This document shows positions 1 through 8,695 of a stretch of 39,139 nt of DNA, piece by piece. The DNA lies in sequence record DRR723986_23114; one strand, 5' to 3'. Each line of letters opens with the position of its first letter. Position 1 is the first letter of the stretch. The notes below the pieces were generated by a model. It searched no databases and was not told the DNA's origin. It worked only from the letters and a program-made list of their open reading frames with translations. The position numbers were made by a program, and so were the translations under genes.

Positions 1-59
1 GAGTGGCTAGGCAGAGGTCTGCAAAACCTTCTACAGCGGTTCGAATCCGCTCTCGACCT
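1..59 (+). tRNA. tRNA-Cys (GCA), 5'-truncated by the window edge
   Basis: Anticodon arm GAGGT-CTGCAAA-ACCTT (GCA at 21-23); T-arm AGCGG-TTCGAAT-CCGCT; 3' acceptor strand CTCGACC plus U discriminator; CCA not encoded. Confidence 0.95.
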
Positions 60-63
60 CAAC

Positions 64-94
64 AAAAAGCATCTGCCGCGGCGGATGCTTTTTT
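64..94 (+). terminator. Intrinsic terminator after tRNA-Cys
   Basis: AAAAAGCATCTGCC-GC-GGCGGATGCTTTTTT hairpin with T-tract. Confidence 0.85.
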
Positions 95-208
95 ATTTTA
101 AGTCATCTGTATTTTTAAGATGGCTTTACCTTAAGTGGGTTAAATATATTTTCCGCATTGCATTTCCAGTGGACATTCATTAGTTTAAATTTCAAACTAC
201 TGATAATC

Positions 209-679
209 ATGCCACAAGACATTACCCTACATGTCAACGGGAAAACCAAAACCATATCCGCTGATCCCCAAGAACCCCTTTTATATATTCTGAGAGAGGA
301 ATTTGGGTTAAAGGGCGCAAAATATGGCTGCGGTCTTTTGCAATGTGGCGCATGCACAGTCATTGCAGATGCTCTGGCAGAGACTACATGCGTGAGACCT
401 TGTGCCAGTTTTGAAAAGGTAGAAATCACTACGTTAGAAGGTTTGAGTAAAAATGGTGAGCTTCACCCAGTTCAAAAAGCTTTCATTGAAACCCAAGCTG
501 CACAATGCGGCTATTGCGTGAACGGGATGATCATGACCGCTGTAGCACTTCTGAAAGAAAATTCTTCTCCAACTGAGAATGAAATACGTGAGGCTTTGAA
601 TCCTGTTATCTGTCGCTGTGGCACCCATTCGCGATTTATCAAGGCGGTGAAGATGGCATCAGAAAACATAAAGTCTTAA
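209..679 (+). CDS. (2Fe-2S)-binding small subunit of a xanthine-dehydrogenase-family molybdoenzyme (IorA/NicA/CoxS-like)
   Basis: Motifs GAKYGCGLLQCGACTV, QCGYC and CRCG; start moved from 158 to the ATG at 209 (MPQDITLHVNG). Confidence 0.92.
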   Translation: MPQDITLHVNGKTKTISADPQEPLLYILREEFGLKGAKYGCGLLQCGACTVIADALAETTCVRPCASFEKVEITTLEGLSKNGELHPVQKAFIETQAAQCGYCVNGMIMTAVALLKENSSPTENEIREALNPVICRCGTHSRFIKAVKMASENIKS

Positions 680-681
680 TT

Positions 682-2919
682 ATGGAAGGAGTTCAGCACT
701 ACAACTCGAGTCGCCGGTCTTTCCTTAAAAGCACTGGACACCTACTAATAGGTTTCAATCTTTTACCACTCACATTCTGCCAAACAAAAGGTTCTCCAAA
801 TGAAATACCTCCCTATTCTGGCATTCCTTTTCGCCCAACTATCGACAATAAATTAATTGATTCTTGGATTAGATTGGATGCAACAGGACACCTGACAGTA
901 CTTTCAGGTAAGCAGGAGTTAGGGCAGGGTATAAAAATCGCCTTAATCCAAATTGCAGCAGAAGAACTAGATATTAATCCGGATCGCTGCCATATTATCA
1001 ATTCAGATACTGGTCAAACTCCAAATGAAGGATTCACCGCTGGTAGCAATTCCGTAGAAGGTAGCGGAAGCGCTATCCGCCAGGCTGCAGCTGAGGCAAA
1101 ACACCATCTATTAAAAATGGCTGCGGAAAAATGGAGTGTAAATCCGGAAAACCTAAGCGTAGAAGATGGGGTTATTATAGCTAACTCTGGTGAGAAAGTG
1201 AGTTATTGGGAGCTTTTGCAAGGCAAATTTATAGAGGAGAGAATCTCTGGAGATATTAAACCAAAAAAACCAGAAAACTACAAATATGTAGGACAACCCT
1301 TGCATAGGGATGATATCCGGAAATTGGTAACTGGCGAATCTCATTTTGTCCACGATCTACAAATGCCAGGGATGGTCCATGCACGAGTGCTTCATCCACC
1401 TTCCTACGACGCCACCTTAGAATCCATAGACCTTACCCAAGTTGAAGCTTTGCCTGGAGTACTCAAAGTAATCAGAAACGGGAGCTTTTTAGCAGTAGTC
1501 ACCGAAAGGGAATACCAGGCAGTAAAAGCAAGGGAAATGCTAAAAGAACTAACAGTCTGGAAAAAGTCTCCAATCGCAATACTTCCAAGGCAATTAATGG
1601 ATAACGTCCTAACTACTTCAGGAAAACCAGAGGAAGTAGAAATCTCACCAGGAATTGCAGAGCTTATTTCAAATTCAGCCATACATCATCAAGCGGATTA
1701 TTTCCGCCCCTATCACATGCATGCCTCCATTGGACCATCGTGTGCAGTCGCACTTTGGGAACCAAACCTCCTGACCGTTTGGTCAGCTACTCAAGGAGTA
1801 TATCCCGTCAGAGATTCAATAGCAGATCTGCTTTCTTTGGATAAAGAAAAAGTCCGATGTATAGGTGTTCCTGGTTCCGGGTGCTACGGACACAATGGCG
1901 CAGATGATGTGTCGGGAGAAGTTGCTATCATAGCCAAAGAATTTCCAGGTAAACATGTACGACTTCAATGGATGCGTGAAGACGAACACAAGTGGGAACC
2001 ATACGGTACAACTATGGCTTTTCGTCTATCTGCAGGATTAGATTCAGCTGGAAAGCTCCTAGGCTGGGACAGCATAGTCTGGTCAGATTCTCATAGTACA
2101 CGACCAAATGGAAGTGGCGGGAGTTTCATTGTGGCAAGAACTTTGGAACCGCCAGTTGAATTTAGAAAGGGCGGTTGGTCAGGTGGATCCCATCGAAATG
2201 GAGTTCCAGAATACAATTTCGAAGCCAAGCAACTCTACCTATTCAACTACGAGGGTCCACTCAGAACCTCATCACTTAGAGGCTTGGGTGCCTATGCAAA
2301 TACCTTTGCCATGGAAGCGTTTATGGATGAGCTGATCCACAAAGCTGGAAAAGACCCGATTGATTTTCGGATAAAAAACTTGGAGGATCCACGTGCCAGA
2401 GCCGTTTTGGAAGTGCTCGCTCAAAAGACCAATTGGAAATACAGATCTAAAGTCGCTAAAAACGGATTCGGAGTTGCCTATGCTAGGTATAAAAATGCCA
2501 CCTCCTATTTTGCTGTATTAGCAGAAGTGGAAATCGATAAGGCAGCCAAAAACTACAAACTCAAAAAACTCACTGGCGTAATCGACTCTGGGTTAACGAT
2601 AAACCCGGACGGGTTAAAAAACCAGACAGAAGGCGGAATGATCCAATCTGCCAGCTGGACCATGATGGAAGAAGTGCAGTTTGACAAAGATGGAATCACG
2701 AGTGTAGATTGGAATACTTATCCTATTCTACGGATGAAGGATATACCGGAAGTAGAAGTCCATATTATAGACCGACCAGAAGAAAAGCCGATGGGAGCAG
2801 GTGAAGCAGCTATGGGACCTGTCGCGGCGGCAATTTCAAATGCTGTGTTTGATGCAACCGGAAGTAGAATTAGGAATCTGCCGATTAAGGCTGATAAGAT
2901 AGATTGGACAAAAGTTTAG
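682..2919 (+). CDS. Molybdopterin-binding large subunit, xanthine dehydrogenase family (IorB/NicB-like), Tat-exported
   Basis: SRRSFLK twin-arginine motif; ELGQG, QIAAEEL, GCYGHNGADD, LRGLG, QTEGG and GAGE motifs. Confidence 0.9.
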   Translation: MEGVQHYNSSRRSFLKSTGHLLIGFNLLPLTFCQTKGSPNEIPPYSGIPFRPTIDNKLIDSWIRLDATGHLTVLSGKQELGQGIKIALIQIAAEELDINPDRCHIINSDTGQTPNEGFTAGSNSVEGSGSAIRQAAAEAKHHLLKMAAEKWSVNPENLSVEDGVIIANSGEKVSYWELLQGKFIEERISGDIKPKKPENYKYVGQPLHRDDIRKLVTGESHFVHDLQMPGMVHARVLHPPSYDATLESIDLTQVEALPGVLKVIRNGSFLAVVTEREYQAVKAREMLKELTVWKKSPIAILPRQLMDNVLTTSGKPEEVEISPGIAELISNSAIHHQADYFRPYHMHASIGPSCAVALWEPNLLTVWSATQGVYPVRDSIADLLSLDKEKVRCIGVPGSGCYGHNGADDVSGEVAIIAKEFPGKHVRLQWMREDEHKWEPYGTTMAFRLSAGLDSAGKLLGWDSIVWSDSHSTRPNGSGGSFIVARTLEPPVEFRKGGWSGGSHRNGVPEYNFEAKQLYLFNYEGPLRTSSLRGLGAYANTFAMEAFMDELIHKAGKDPIDFRIKNLEDPRARAVLEVLAQKTNWKYRSKVAKNGFGVAYARYKNATSYFAVLAEVEIDKAAKNYKLKKLTGVIDSGLTINPDGLKNQTEGGMIQSASWTMMEEVQFDKDGITSVDWNTYPILRMKDIPEVEVHIIDRPEEKPMGAGEAAMGPVAAAISNAVFDATGSRIRNLPIKADKIDWTKV

Positions 2920-2946
2920 CGTGTTGTTGCAAGATTTGAATAAAAA

Positions 2947-3543
2947 TCAAAAATTATACCCAACTCCAAATTGAACTCCAATCTCCTGTAAGATTTGCTT
3001 GTAGTTACCTCCCTTTTCAAATGGAATCACGTTGTGCCTTTTGTAGTTGGGAAAAATAGAAAAGGAAAACTGCTCAGTATCCAACTTTGCACCAATACCG
3101 CCCAAATAGCCAACTCCACTTTGATCTGAGAAATTATTCCCTTCGGAAAGCTGGAAATCTACAACAGGACCAGCTGCAGCATAAAAAATCTTCCCAAGTG
3201 AATATTCTGCATAAATAGGAATTGAAAGCAGCTTGAAATCAGAATTATGAGAATAGCCATACAAGCAATTTATACATGGAGGGAAATTAGGATTGTATTT
3301 TATTTGCGCAAATGAATAATTTAAACTTCCACTCAGCGAGAATTTCTCACTTATACTTTTCGAAAGCAAAACACCAACCTCCATTAAGTTTTCAATATCC
3401 ACAGAGCTAGCTCCATCCAAATTTTCGTTCCAGTTGGCCATAGCTCCCGAAGCTCCAAAATAGCCTTTCACTTCTAACCCAGATTGTGCAGTGACCGAAA
3501 TACTAATTAAAAGGATAAAGAATAGTAAAAGTGCATTTTTCAT
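2947..3543 (-). CDS. Outer-membrane beta-barrel protein (PorT-like/OMP beta-barrel)
   Basis: Signal peptide, alternating beta-strand pattern, LSIPIYAEY motif, C-terminal GVGYNF. Confidence 0.75.
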   Translation of the reverse strand: MKNALLLFFILLISISVTAQSGLEVKGYFGASGAMANWNENLDGASSVDIENLMEVGVLLSKSISEKFSLSGSLNYSFAQIKYNPNFPPCINCLYGYSHNSDFKLLSIPIYAEYSLGKIFYAAAGPVVDFQLSEGNNFSDQSGVGYLGGIGAKLDTEQFSFSIFPNYKRHNVIPFEKGGNYKQILQEIGVQFGVGYNF

Positions 3544-3578
3544 AAGATCGAAATTAATGATAAAAATAGTTTAGCCAA

Positions 3579-3605
3579 GACGAAAGAAGTAGCACGTGTG
3601 CTACA
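3579..3605 (-). promoter_or_regulatory. Putative ECF-sigma promoter for the OMP gene, overlapped by a palindrome
   Basis: Minus strand TGTAGC-N17-CGTC; palindrome GTAGCAC-GT-GTGCTAC at 3589-3604. Confidence 0.45.
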
Positions 3606-3673
3606 AATGAATGTCACGAAGGATCTTTTCTATAAGCAAGTCCAGCTTCTGGAGAAGCAGGATAACATATAAA

Positions 3674-3716
3674 ACTGCGCTCTTTGCGCTTTCTCTGTGA
3701 TCTTTGCGGTTCAAAA
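3674..3716. repeat. Short degenerate repeat tract (CTTTGCG-type units)
   Basis: ACTGCG-CT-CTTTGCG-CTTT-CTCTGTG-AT-CTTTGCG-GTTCAAA. Confidence 0.55.
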
Positions 3717-3724
3717 TTTTTCAC

Positions 3725-3757
3725 AAAAAAAAACGCCGACTTTTCAGCCGGCGTTTT
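3725..3757 (-). terminator. rpsA intrinsic terminator
   Basis: Minus strand AAAACGCCGGC-TGAAAA-GTCGGCG-TTTTTTTTT. Confidence 0.9.
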
Positions 3758-3771
3758 CCATATATTAAGTA

Positions 3772-3804
3772 AGTCTTGATTCTAATGTCTAGAATCTAAC
3801 GTCT
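3772..3804 (-). repeat. Heptamer tandem array immediately after the rpsA stop
   Basis: Minus strand AGACGTT AGATTCT AGACATT AGAATCA AGAC. Confidence 0.7.
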
Positions 3805-5573
3805 TACTTTTTACCTTCCATTTGCTCTTTCAATTGAGTCAAAGCGTCCAAGTCACCAAGAGTTGACTTCTCAGCTGGAGCAGAAGTAGTAGAAGTAGAA
3901 CCTGAATCAGATTTCTTCTTAGCTTCTTTCTTAGCTGGCTTCGCTTCTTCTCTGAACATTGCTGTGTGAGAAAGAACGATTCTCTTATCATCTTTAGAGA
4001 ATTCAGTTACTTTGAAATCCAAAGACTCACCAACCTCTACTTGAGATCCATCTTCTTTTTCCAAGTTCTTCACTGTAGCGAATCCTTCAAGACCGTAAGG
4101 CAATTCAAGAACTGCACCTTTGTCATTCTTAGAAACTACAGTACACTTGTGCTCAGATCCGATAGGGAATACACCTTCGAAAGTATCCCATGGATTCTCT
4201 TCCAATTGCTTATGACCAAGAGCCAATCTTCTGTTGTCTACGTCAAGCTCAAGAACAGCTACTGCTAGCTCGTCTCCTACTTTCACAAACTCAGATGGAT
4301 GCTTGATTTTCTTAGTCCAAGAAAGGTCAGATACGTGAACCAAACCGTCGATACCTTCTTCCAACTCAAGGAATAGACCGAAGTTAGTCAAGTTTCTTAC
4401 CACACCTGTGTGCTTAGAACCTACAGCGTACTTAGTACCCATGTCGTTCTTAGTCCATGGATCTTCAGTCAATTGCTTGATACCAAGAGACATTTTTCTG
4501 TCGTCTTTGTCAAGAGTCAATACTACAGCTTCGATTTCGTCACCAACTTTCACAAAGTCAGCAGGATTTCTCAAATGCTGAGACCAGCTCATTTCAGACA
4601 CGTGGATCAAACCTTCAACACCTGGAGCAAGCTCAAGGAACGCACCGTAGTCAGCTACGTTTACGATCTTACCTTTAACTCTAGATCCGATTTCAAGGCT
4701 AGACGCCAAAGAATCCCAAGGATGAGCAGTAAGCTGCTTCATACCCAAAGAAATTCTCTTCTTATCATCATCAAAGTCAAGAACCACAATCTGAACTTTC
4801 TGATCAAGTTGCAATACTTCTTCTGGATGATTGATACGTCCCCAAGAGATATCTGTAATGTGAAGAAGACCATCTACACCACCTAGATCGATGAATACAC
4901 CGAAGTTGGTCATGTTCTTGATCACACCTTCCAATACTTGACCTTTCTCAAGGTTGTTCAAGATCTCAGCTTTTTGCTTCTCAAGATCTTTCTCGATCAA
5001 CACTTTGTGAGATACTACTACGTTATCATTTGCGTGGTTGATTTTCACCACTTTTACTTCCATTTTCTTACCTACATAGATATCGAAATCTCTGATAGGC
5101 TTCACGTCGATCTGAGAACCTGGCAAGAATGCTTCTACACCGTAGATATCTACGATCAAACCACCTTTAGTTCTTCTTTTCACCAAACCTTCGATCACGT
5201 TGTCATGCTCAAGCGCATCTTCGATGTCTTGCCATGCACGTACGATCTTAGCTTTCTTACGGGAAAGGATCAACTGTCCAAGTGCGTTTTCCTGCTCTTC
5301 GATGAATACCTCTACTGTATCACCTGGCTTGATGCCATCAAGGTCACGGAATTCGGAAAGAGGAACTAATCCATCAGATTTGAAACCGATGTTGATGATT
5401 ACATCCTTATCATTTACACCTACTACAGTGCCTTTGATAACTTCTTTCTCAGTGATCTCGCCCAATGTATTCTCATACATTGCAGCCATTTGCTCACGCT
5501 CTGCTTTGGAATAACCTTCTCCAAAACCTTTGGTTTCGAAGTTGTCCCAGTTAAAATCTTCTTGTTTTGACAT
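3804..5573 (-). CDS. rpsA: 30S ribosomal protein S1
   Basis: Six S1 repeats (FKSDG, AFLPGSQID, FGVFIDLGGVDGLLHITDISW, GLIHVSEMSW, GLVHVSDLSW); C-terminal STLGDLDAL. Confidence 0.98.
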   Translation of the reverse strand: MSKQEDFNWDNFETKGFGEGYSKAEREQMAAMYENTLGEITEKEVIKGTVVGVNDKDVIINIGFKSDGLVPLSEFRDLDGIKPGDTVEVFIEEQENALGQLILSRKKAKIVRAWQDIEDALEHDNVIEGLVKRRTKGGLIVDIYGVEAFLPGSQIDVKPIRDFDIYVGKKMEVKVVKINHANDNVVVSHKVLIEKDLEKQKAEILNNLEKGQVLEGVIKNMTNFGVFIDLGGVDGLLHITDISWGRINHPEEVLQLDQKVQIVVLDFDDDKKRISLGMKQLTAHPWDSLASSLEIGSRVKGKIVNVADYGAFLELAPGVEGLIHVSEMSWSQHLRNPADFVKVGDEIEAVVLTLDKDDRKMSLGIKQLTEDPWTKNDMGTKYAVGSKHTGVVRNLTNFGLFLELEEGIDGLVHVSDLSWTKKIKHPSEFVKVGDELAVAVLELDVDNRRLALGHKQLEENPWDTFEGVFPIGSEHKCTVVSKNDKGAVLELPYGLEGFATVKNLEKEDGSQVEVGESLDFKVTEFSKDDKRIVLSHTAMFREEAKPAKKEAKKKSDSGSTSTTSAPAEKSTLGDLDALTQLKEQMEGKK

Positions 5574-5683
5574 AATGTACTAACCCTGAATAGCAATAGT
5601 CCCCGGGTCAAAGAACTATCGTTTTTAGTTGTAAATCAATGCGTTAAGCAAACCCAACACACTCCATCCACTCGAACGGACTG

Positions 5684-5691
5684 CAAAGGTA
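5684..5691 (-). promoter_or_regulatory. Bacteroidota housekeeping -7 promoter element for rpsA
   Basis: Minus strand TACCTTTG matches TAnnTTTG, about 110 nt upstream of the ATG. Confidence 0.75.
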
Positions 5692-5878
5692 TGGAATTAT
5701 TGATAAAGGAGGTGTTTCAAGTAAAAAAAAGCATAGAATTGAAGGTGAAGCCCAAATAAGCTTTAGCTAGCAAGTTTTCTTATAACCATTTTTTTTTGAA
5801 TTGATTCAATGGCTCAAAGGAATAGGATTACAATAGCCACTACCCGCTGCAAATACCTATTTCCGAAAAATCCCGCCT

Positions 5879-5915
5879 AGCGTTCGGACAATTTTAGAAC
5901 AGGTTCGTCCAATTT
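5879..5915 (+). promoter_or_regulatory. LytTR-type direct repeat
   Basis: AGCGTTCGG(ACAATTT) and CAGGTTCGT(CCAATTT) with a 21-bp period. Confidence 0.55.
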
Positions 5916-6094
5916 AGTTTCGATTTCAGCTTTAATTTCAAGTACTTCAGAGAAGATCAAAAGCAGGAAAGTTGACAACCCCTACTTTTGGCCGCCTATT
6001 TTATAGAGGCACTTTTGACTATTCAATATTATATGTATTGAAGCCACCAACATATTAAGACTATTTTTTTGATAAAGGGTGATTGCATTTTTCT

Positions 6095-6144
6095 ATCAAT
6101 GCTGTTTGGAATTGCAAAATTTTGAACGGCATTGATTTTTTTTT
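6095..6144 (+). terminator. Long intrinsic-terminator-like hairpin with no upstream ORF
   Basis: ATCAATGCTGTTTGGAAT-TGCAAA-ATTTTGAACGGCATTGAT then T8; 18 bp including 4 G-U pairs on the + strand. Confidence 0.7.
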
Positions 6145-6285
6145 GAACCGACTTCGTCAGGCAGTGCCAAGACAGGGTAGCAGTTTTTGATTAAATAATT
6201 TCCTGTTTGCCACTACTAATTCGCATGAATTATATACTAGAGAGAAATCATTTCGATTTTATAGTTGCTCTGATAAAATAACCAA

Positions 6286-6318
6286 GCAGTTAGGACATTT
6301 TTGAAAGGCATTCGTCCT
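6286..6318 (+). promoter_or_regulatory. LytTR-type direct repeat upstream of the DUF418 gene
   Basis: GCAGTTAGG(AC) and GGCATTCGT(CC), 21-bp period; same pattern as 5879-5915. Confidence 0.55.
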
Positions 6319-6405
6319 AAACCAGTTCATGTTTTTCTTGTAAATGAATAGCTTAAATAAGCTACTGGAAGGTTTAAAGCTATCAGCATAGCAACAAAAC
6401 AAACT

Positions 6406-7722
6406 ATGGAACAACCCCTCACACAAGAACTGATTCCTGTTAAGCAATCAGATCGAATACTTTCCTTGGACGTAATGCGCGGGATTGTACTTTTTGGAAT
6501 ACTCTTGATGAACATCAATGGGTTTGGTTTAGCGCTAGCCTACGAAGACCCAACGGTATCTGGAGGGTCTACCGGTCTGAATCTGTACACTTGGATGATG
6601 ACCAACCTATTTTTTGAGGGGACTATGCGGGCCTTGTTCTCCCTGCTTTTTGGGGTTGGGATGTATATTTTTCTGGATCGATTACTTAAAAAAGGCGCAG
6701 GGATCAAGGCAGCAGATGTTTATTTCCGAAGGCTAATGTGGCTTTTGCTGTTTGGATTAATTCATGGATACCTCCTGCTCTGGGTGGGGGAGATCCTCTA
6801 CCAATATGCATTAATGGGGTTTTTGGTGTATTCTTTTCGCTCAATGGCTCCAAAATATCTCATTGTAACAGCAGTGATACTTTTTAGTATTGGGACTCTT
6901 TGGAACTATATAGACTACCAGAAAGGCAAAAAATGGATAGCAGAGGTAGCAGAAGCACAGGCTTTACTTGTAACAGAAGAAGAACTTCCCAAAGAGTTAA
7001 AGGCCGCTAATGAAGCTTGGGAAAAGCGGGAAACTGAACGAAGCCCAGAAGCAGTAGAGGAGTTTAACGAAGAAATGAGAAAAGGGTACTTTTCTGTAGT
7101 AGCTTTTCTCGCTCCCACCAATTACGACTTCGATGTCAACTGGCCTTATCGAGGTGATGTTTGGGATGTACTGAGCATGATGCTGATTGGGATAGCTCTT
7201 TTCAGATGGGGAATACTAACGGCTGAAAAATCTTTTGGATTCTACCTCACTTTGGCAGCTATGGGATATGCAATTGGTCTTACCATTAACTATTATGAAA
7301 TGATGCTGGTCTTAGATGACAACTTCTCTTTGCTTTCATTTAGTAAGTCGAATATCACCTACTACTGGGGAAGAGCTTTTGTAGCGATGGGCCATGTGGG
7401 ACTAATTATGCTTTTCTGTAAAACTCCGATTTTGGGCTGGCTGAAAAACGGTCTATCCGCTGTCGGCAAAATGGCGCTGACAAATTACATGATGCATTCA
7501 GTGATCTGCATGATTGTCTTTACAGGTGTAGGTTTTGGGATGTTCGGAAAGCTAGAGCGCTACGAGTTGCTTTATGTGGTTTTTTCTATTTGGGTTTTTC
7601 AATTCATTCTAAGTCCAATTTGGCTCAGGTACTTTCACTATGGACCTATGGAGTGGATTTGGAGAAATCTGAGTTACATGAAAGTTCATCCATTGAGAAA
7701 AGGACCACCTCTGACACTTTAA
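6406..7722 (+). CDS. DUF418 (YeiB-like) multi-pass membrane protein
   Basis: RILSLDVMRG, LFSLLFGVG, GKMALTNY and GPMEWIWR motifs. Confidence 0.9.
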   Translation: MEQPLTQELIPVKQSDRILSLDVMRGIVLFGILLMNINGFGLALAYEDPTVSGGSTGLNLYTWMMTNLFFEGTMRALFSLLFGVGMYIFLDRLLKKGAGIKAADVYFRRLMWLLLFGLIHGYLLLWVGEILYQYALMGFLVYSFRSMAPKYLIVTAVILFSIGTLWNYIDYQKGKKWIAEVAEAQALLVTEEELPKELKAANEAWEKRETERSPEAVEEFNEEMRKGYFSVVAFLAPTNYDFDVNWPYRGDVWDVLSMMLIGIALFRWGILTAEKSFGFYLTLAAMGYAIGLTINYYEMMLVLDDNFSLLSFSKSNITYYWGRAFVAMGHVGLIMLFCKTPILGWLKNGLSAVGKMALTNYMMHSVICMIVFTGVGFGMFGKLERYELLYVVFSIWVFQFILSPIWLRYFHYGPMEWIWRNLSYMKVHPLRKGPPLTL

Positions 7723-7759
7723 TGTTTAAAACAGTAAGAAAATATACAATCCAGTTTTC

Positions 7760-8617
7760 ATGAAAAAAGTACTAGTCACAGGATCAAACAGAGGTATAGG
7801 TTTAGAAATCGCACTTGCATTTGGCAGAGCTGGATATCAGGTCTTTGCGACTATGCGTACTCCCTCCAAAGCGACTACACTCTCTGAAACAATCAAAGCA
7901 GAGGAACTACCTATCAGCATGCACAAGATGAATGTCAATTCAGACATATCCGTGAAGGCGATCATGGATGAAATACTCTTGGAAGATGGCCCAATCGACA
8001 TCTTAGTCAATAATGCGGGAATAGGTTTGAATGGATCAATAGAAGAAATGCCTTTATCCGAATTCAAAGGGGTTTTTGAGACCAATGTATTTGGAGCTGT
8101 ACGATGTATTAAAGCAGTTATCCCGTCGATGAGAGAGCAAAAAAGTGGATGTATTATAAATATCACTTCTGTGTCTGGACGACTAACTAGTTCTCCATTG
8201 GGATGCTACTCTGCTAGCAAATTTGCGCTGGAAGCAATCAGCGAAGCACTAGCCCAGGAGGTAAAACCATTCAATATTCGAGTAGGAATAGTAGAACCTG
8301 GAATCATTGATACCGATATGGCTCACGAGATTAGAGGAGCTTCCTCTTCCATTTACCCTACCTCTAAACGTATGGCAGATCTTTTCCATGCCTCTCTGAA
8401 GAACCCAACATCAGCTGCGCTAGTCGCTGAAAAAATTCTAGAATTCGCAGAAAGTGACTCTTGGTACCTGAGACATCCTGTTGGCCCAGATGCCCTTCCA
8501 TATATCCAATGGAGGCAATCTATGACTGATGAGGAATGGATAAATAGGCATAGCCTCCCAGAAGAAGAGTGGTACAATTCCATAGAGCGCGATTTTGGAA
8601 TGGATGCTAGGAGATAG
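7760..8617 (+). CDS. Short-chain dehydrogenase/reductase
   Basis: TGSNRGIG, NNAG, YSASK and VEPGIIDT. Confidence 0.93.
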   Translation: MKKVLVTGSNRGIGLEIALAFGRAGYQVFATMRTPSKATTLSETIKAEELPISMHKMNVNSDISVKAIMDEILLEDGPIDILVNNAGIGLNGSIEEMPLSEFKGVFETNVFGAVRCIKAVIPSMREQKSGCIINITSVSGRLTSSPLGCYSASKFALEAISEALAQEVKPFNIRVGIVEPGIIDTDMAHEIRGASSSIYPTSKRMADLFHASLKNPTSAALVAEKILEFAESDSWYLRHPVGPDALPYIQWRQSMTDEEWINRHSLPEEEWYNSIERDFGMDARR

Positions 8618-8651
8618 GAAGTTGGAAGACAGGAGAAAAGACCATCTCCTA
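8608..8651 (+). repeat. Short-repeat hairpin after the SDR gene
   Basis: Units GGAGATA GGAAGTT GGAAGAC closed by TAGGAGAT...ATCTCCTA. Confidence 0.5.
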
Positions 8652-8695
8652 AAATAGTTTAACGGTTAATATCAATTCTAAAAATTTACAATACG

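Noticed and set aside
1-3543. Integrative island at tRNA-Cys
   Set aside because: No integrase and no duplicate of the tRNA 3' end was seen in the window.
3966-5611. Antisense and alternate-frame ORFs over rpsA (and similar ones over trp genes, fsa, S8, TBDR)
   Set aside because: Shadows of well-supported genes with biased codon usage; no motifs of their own.
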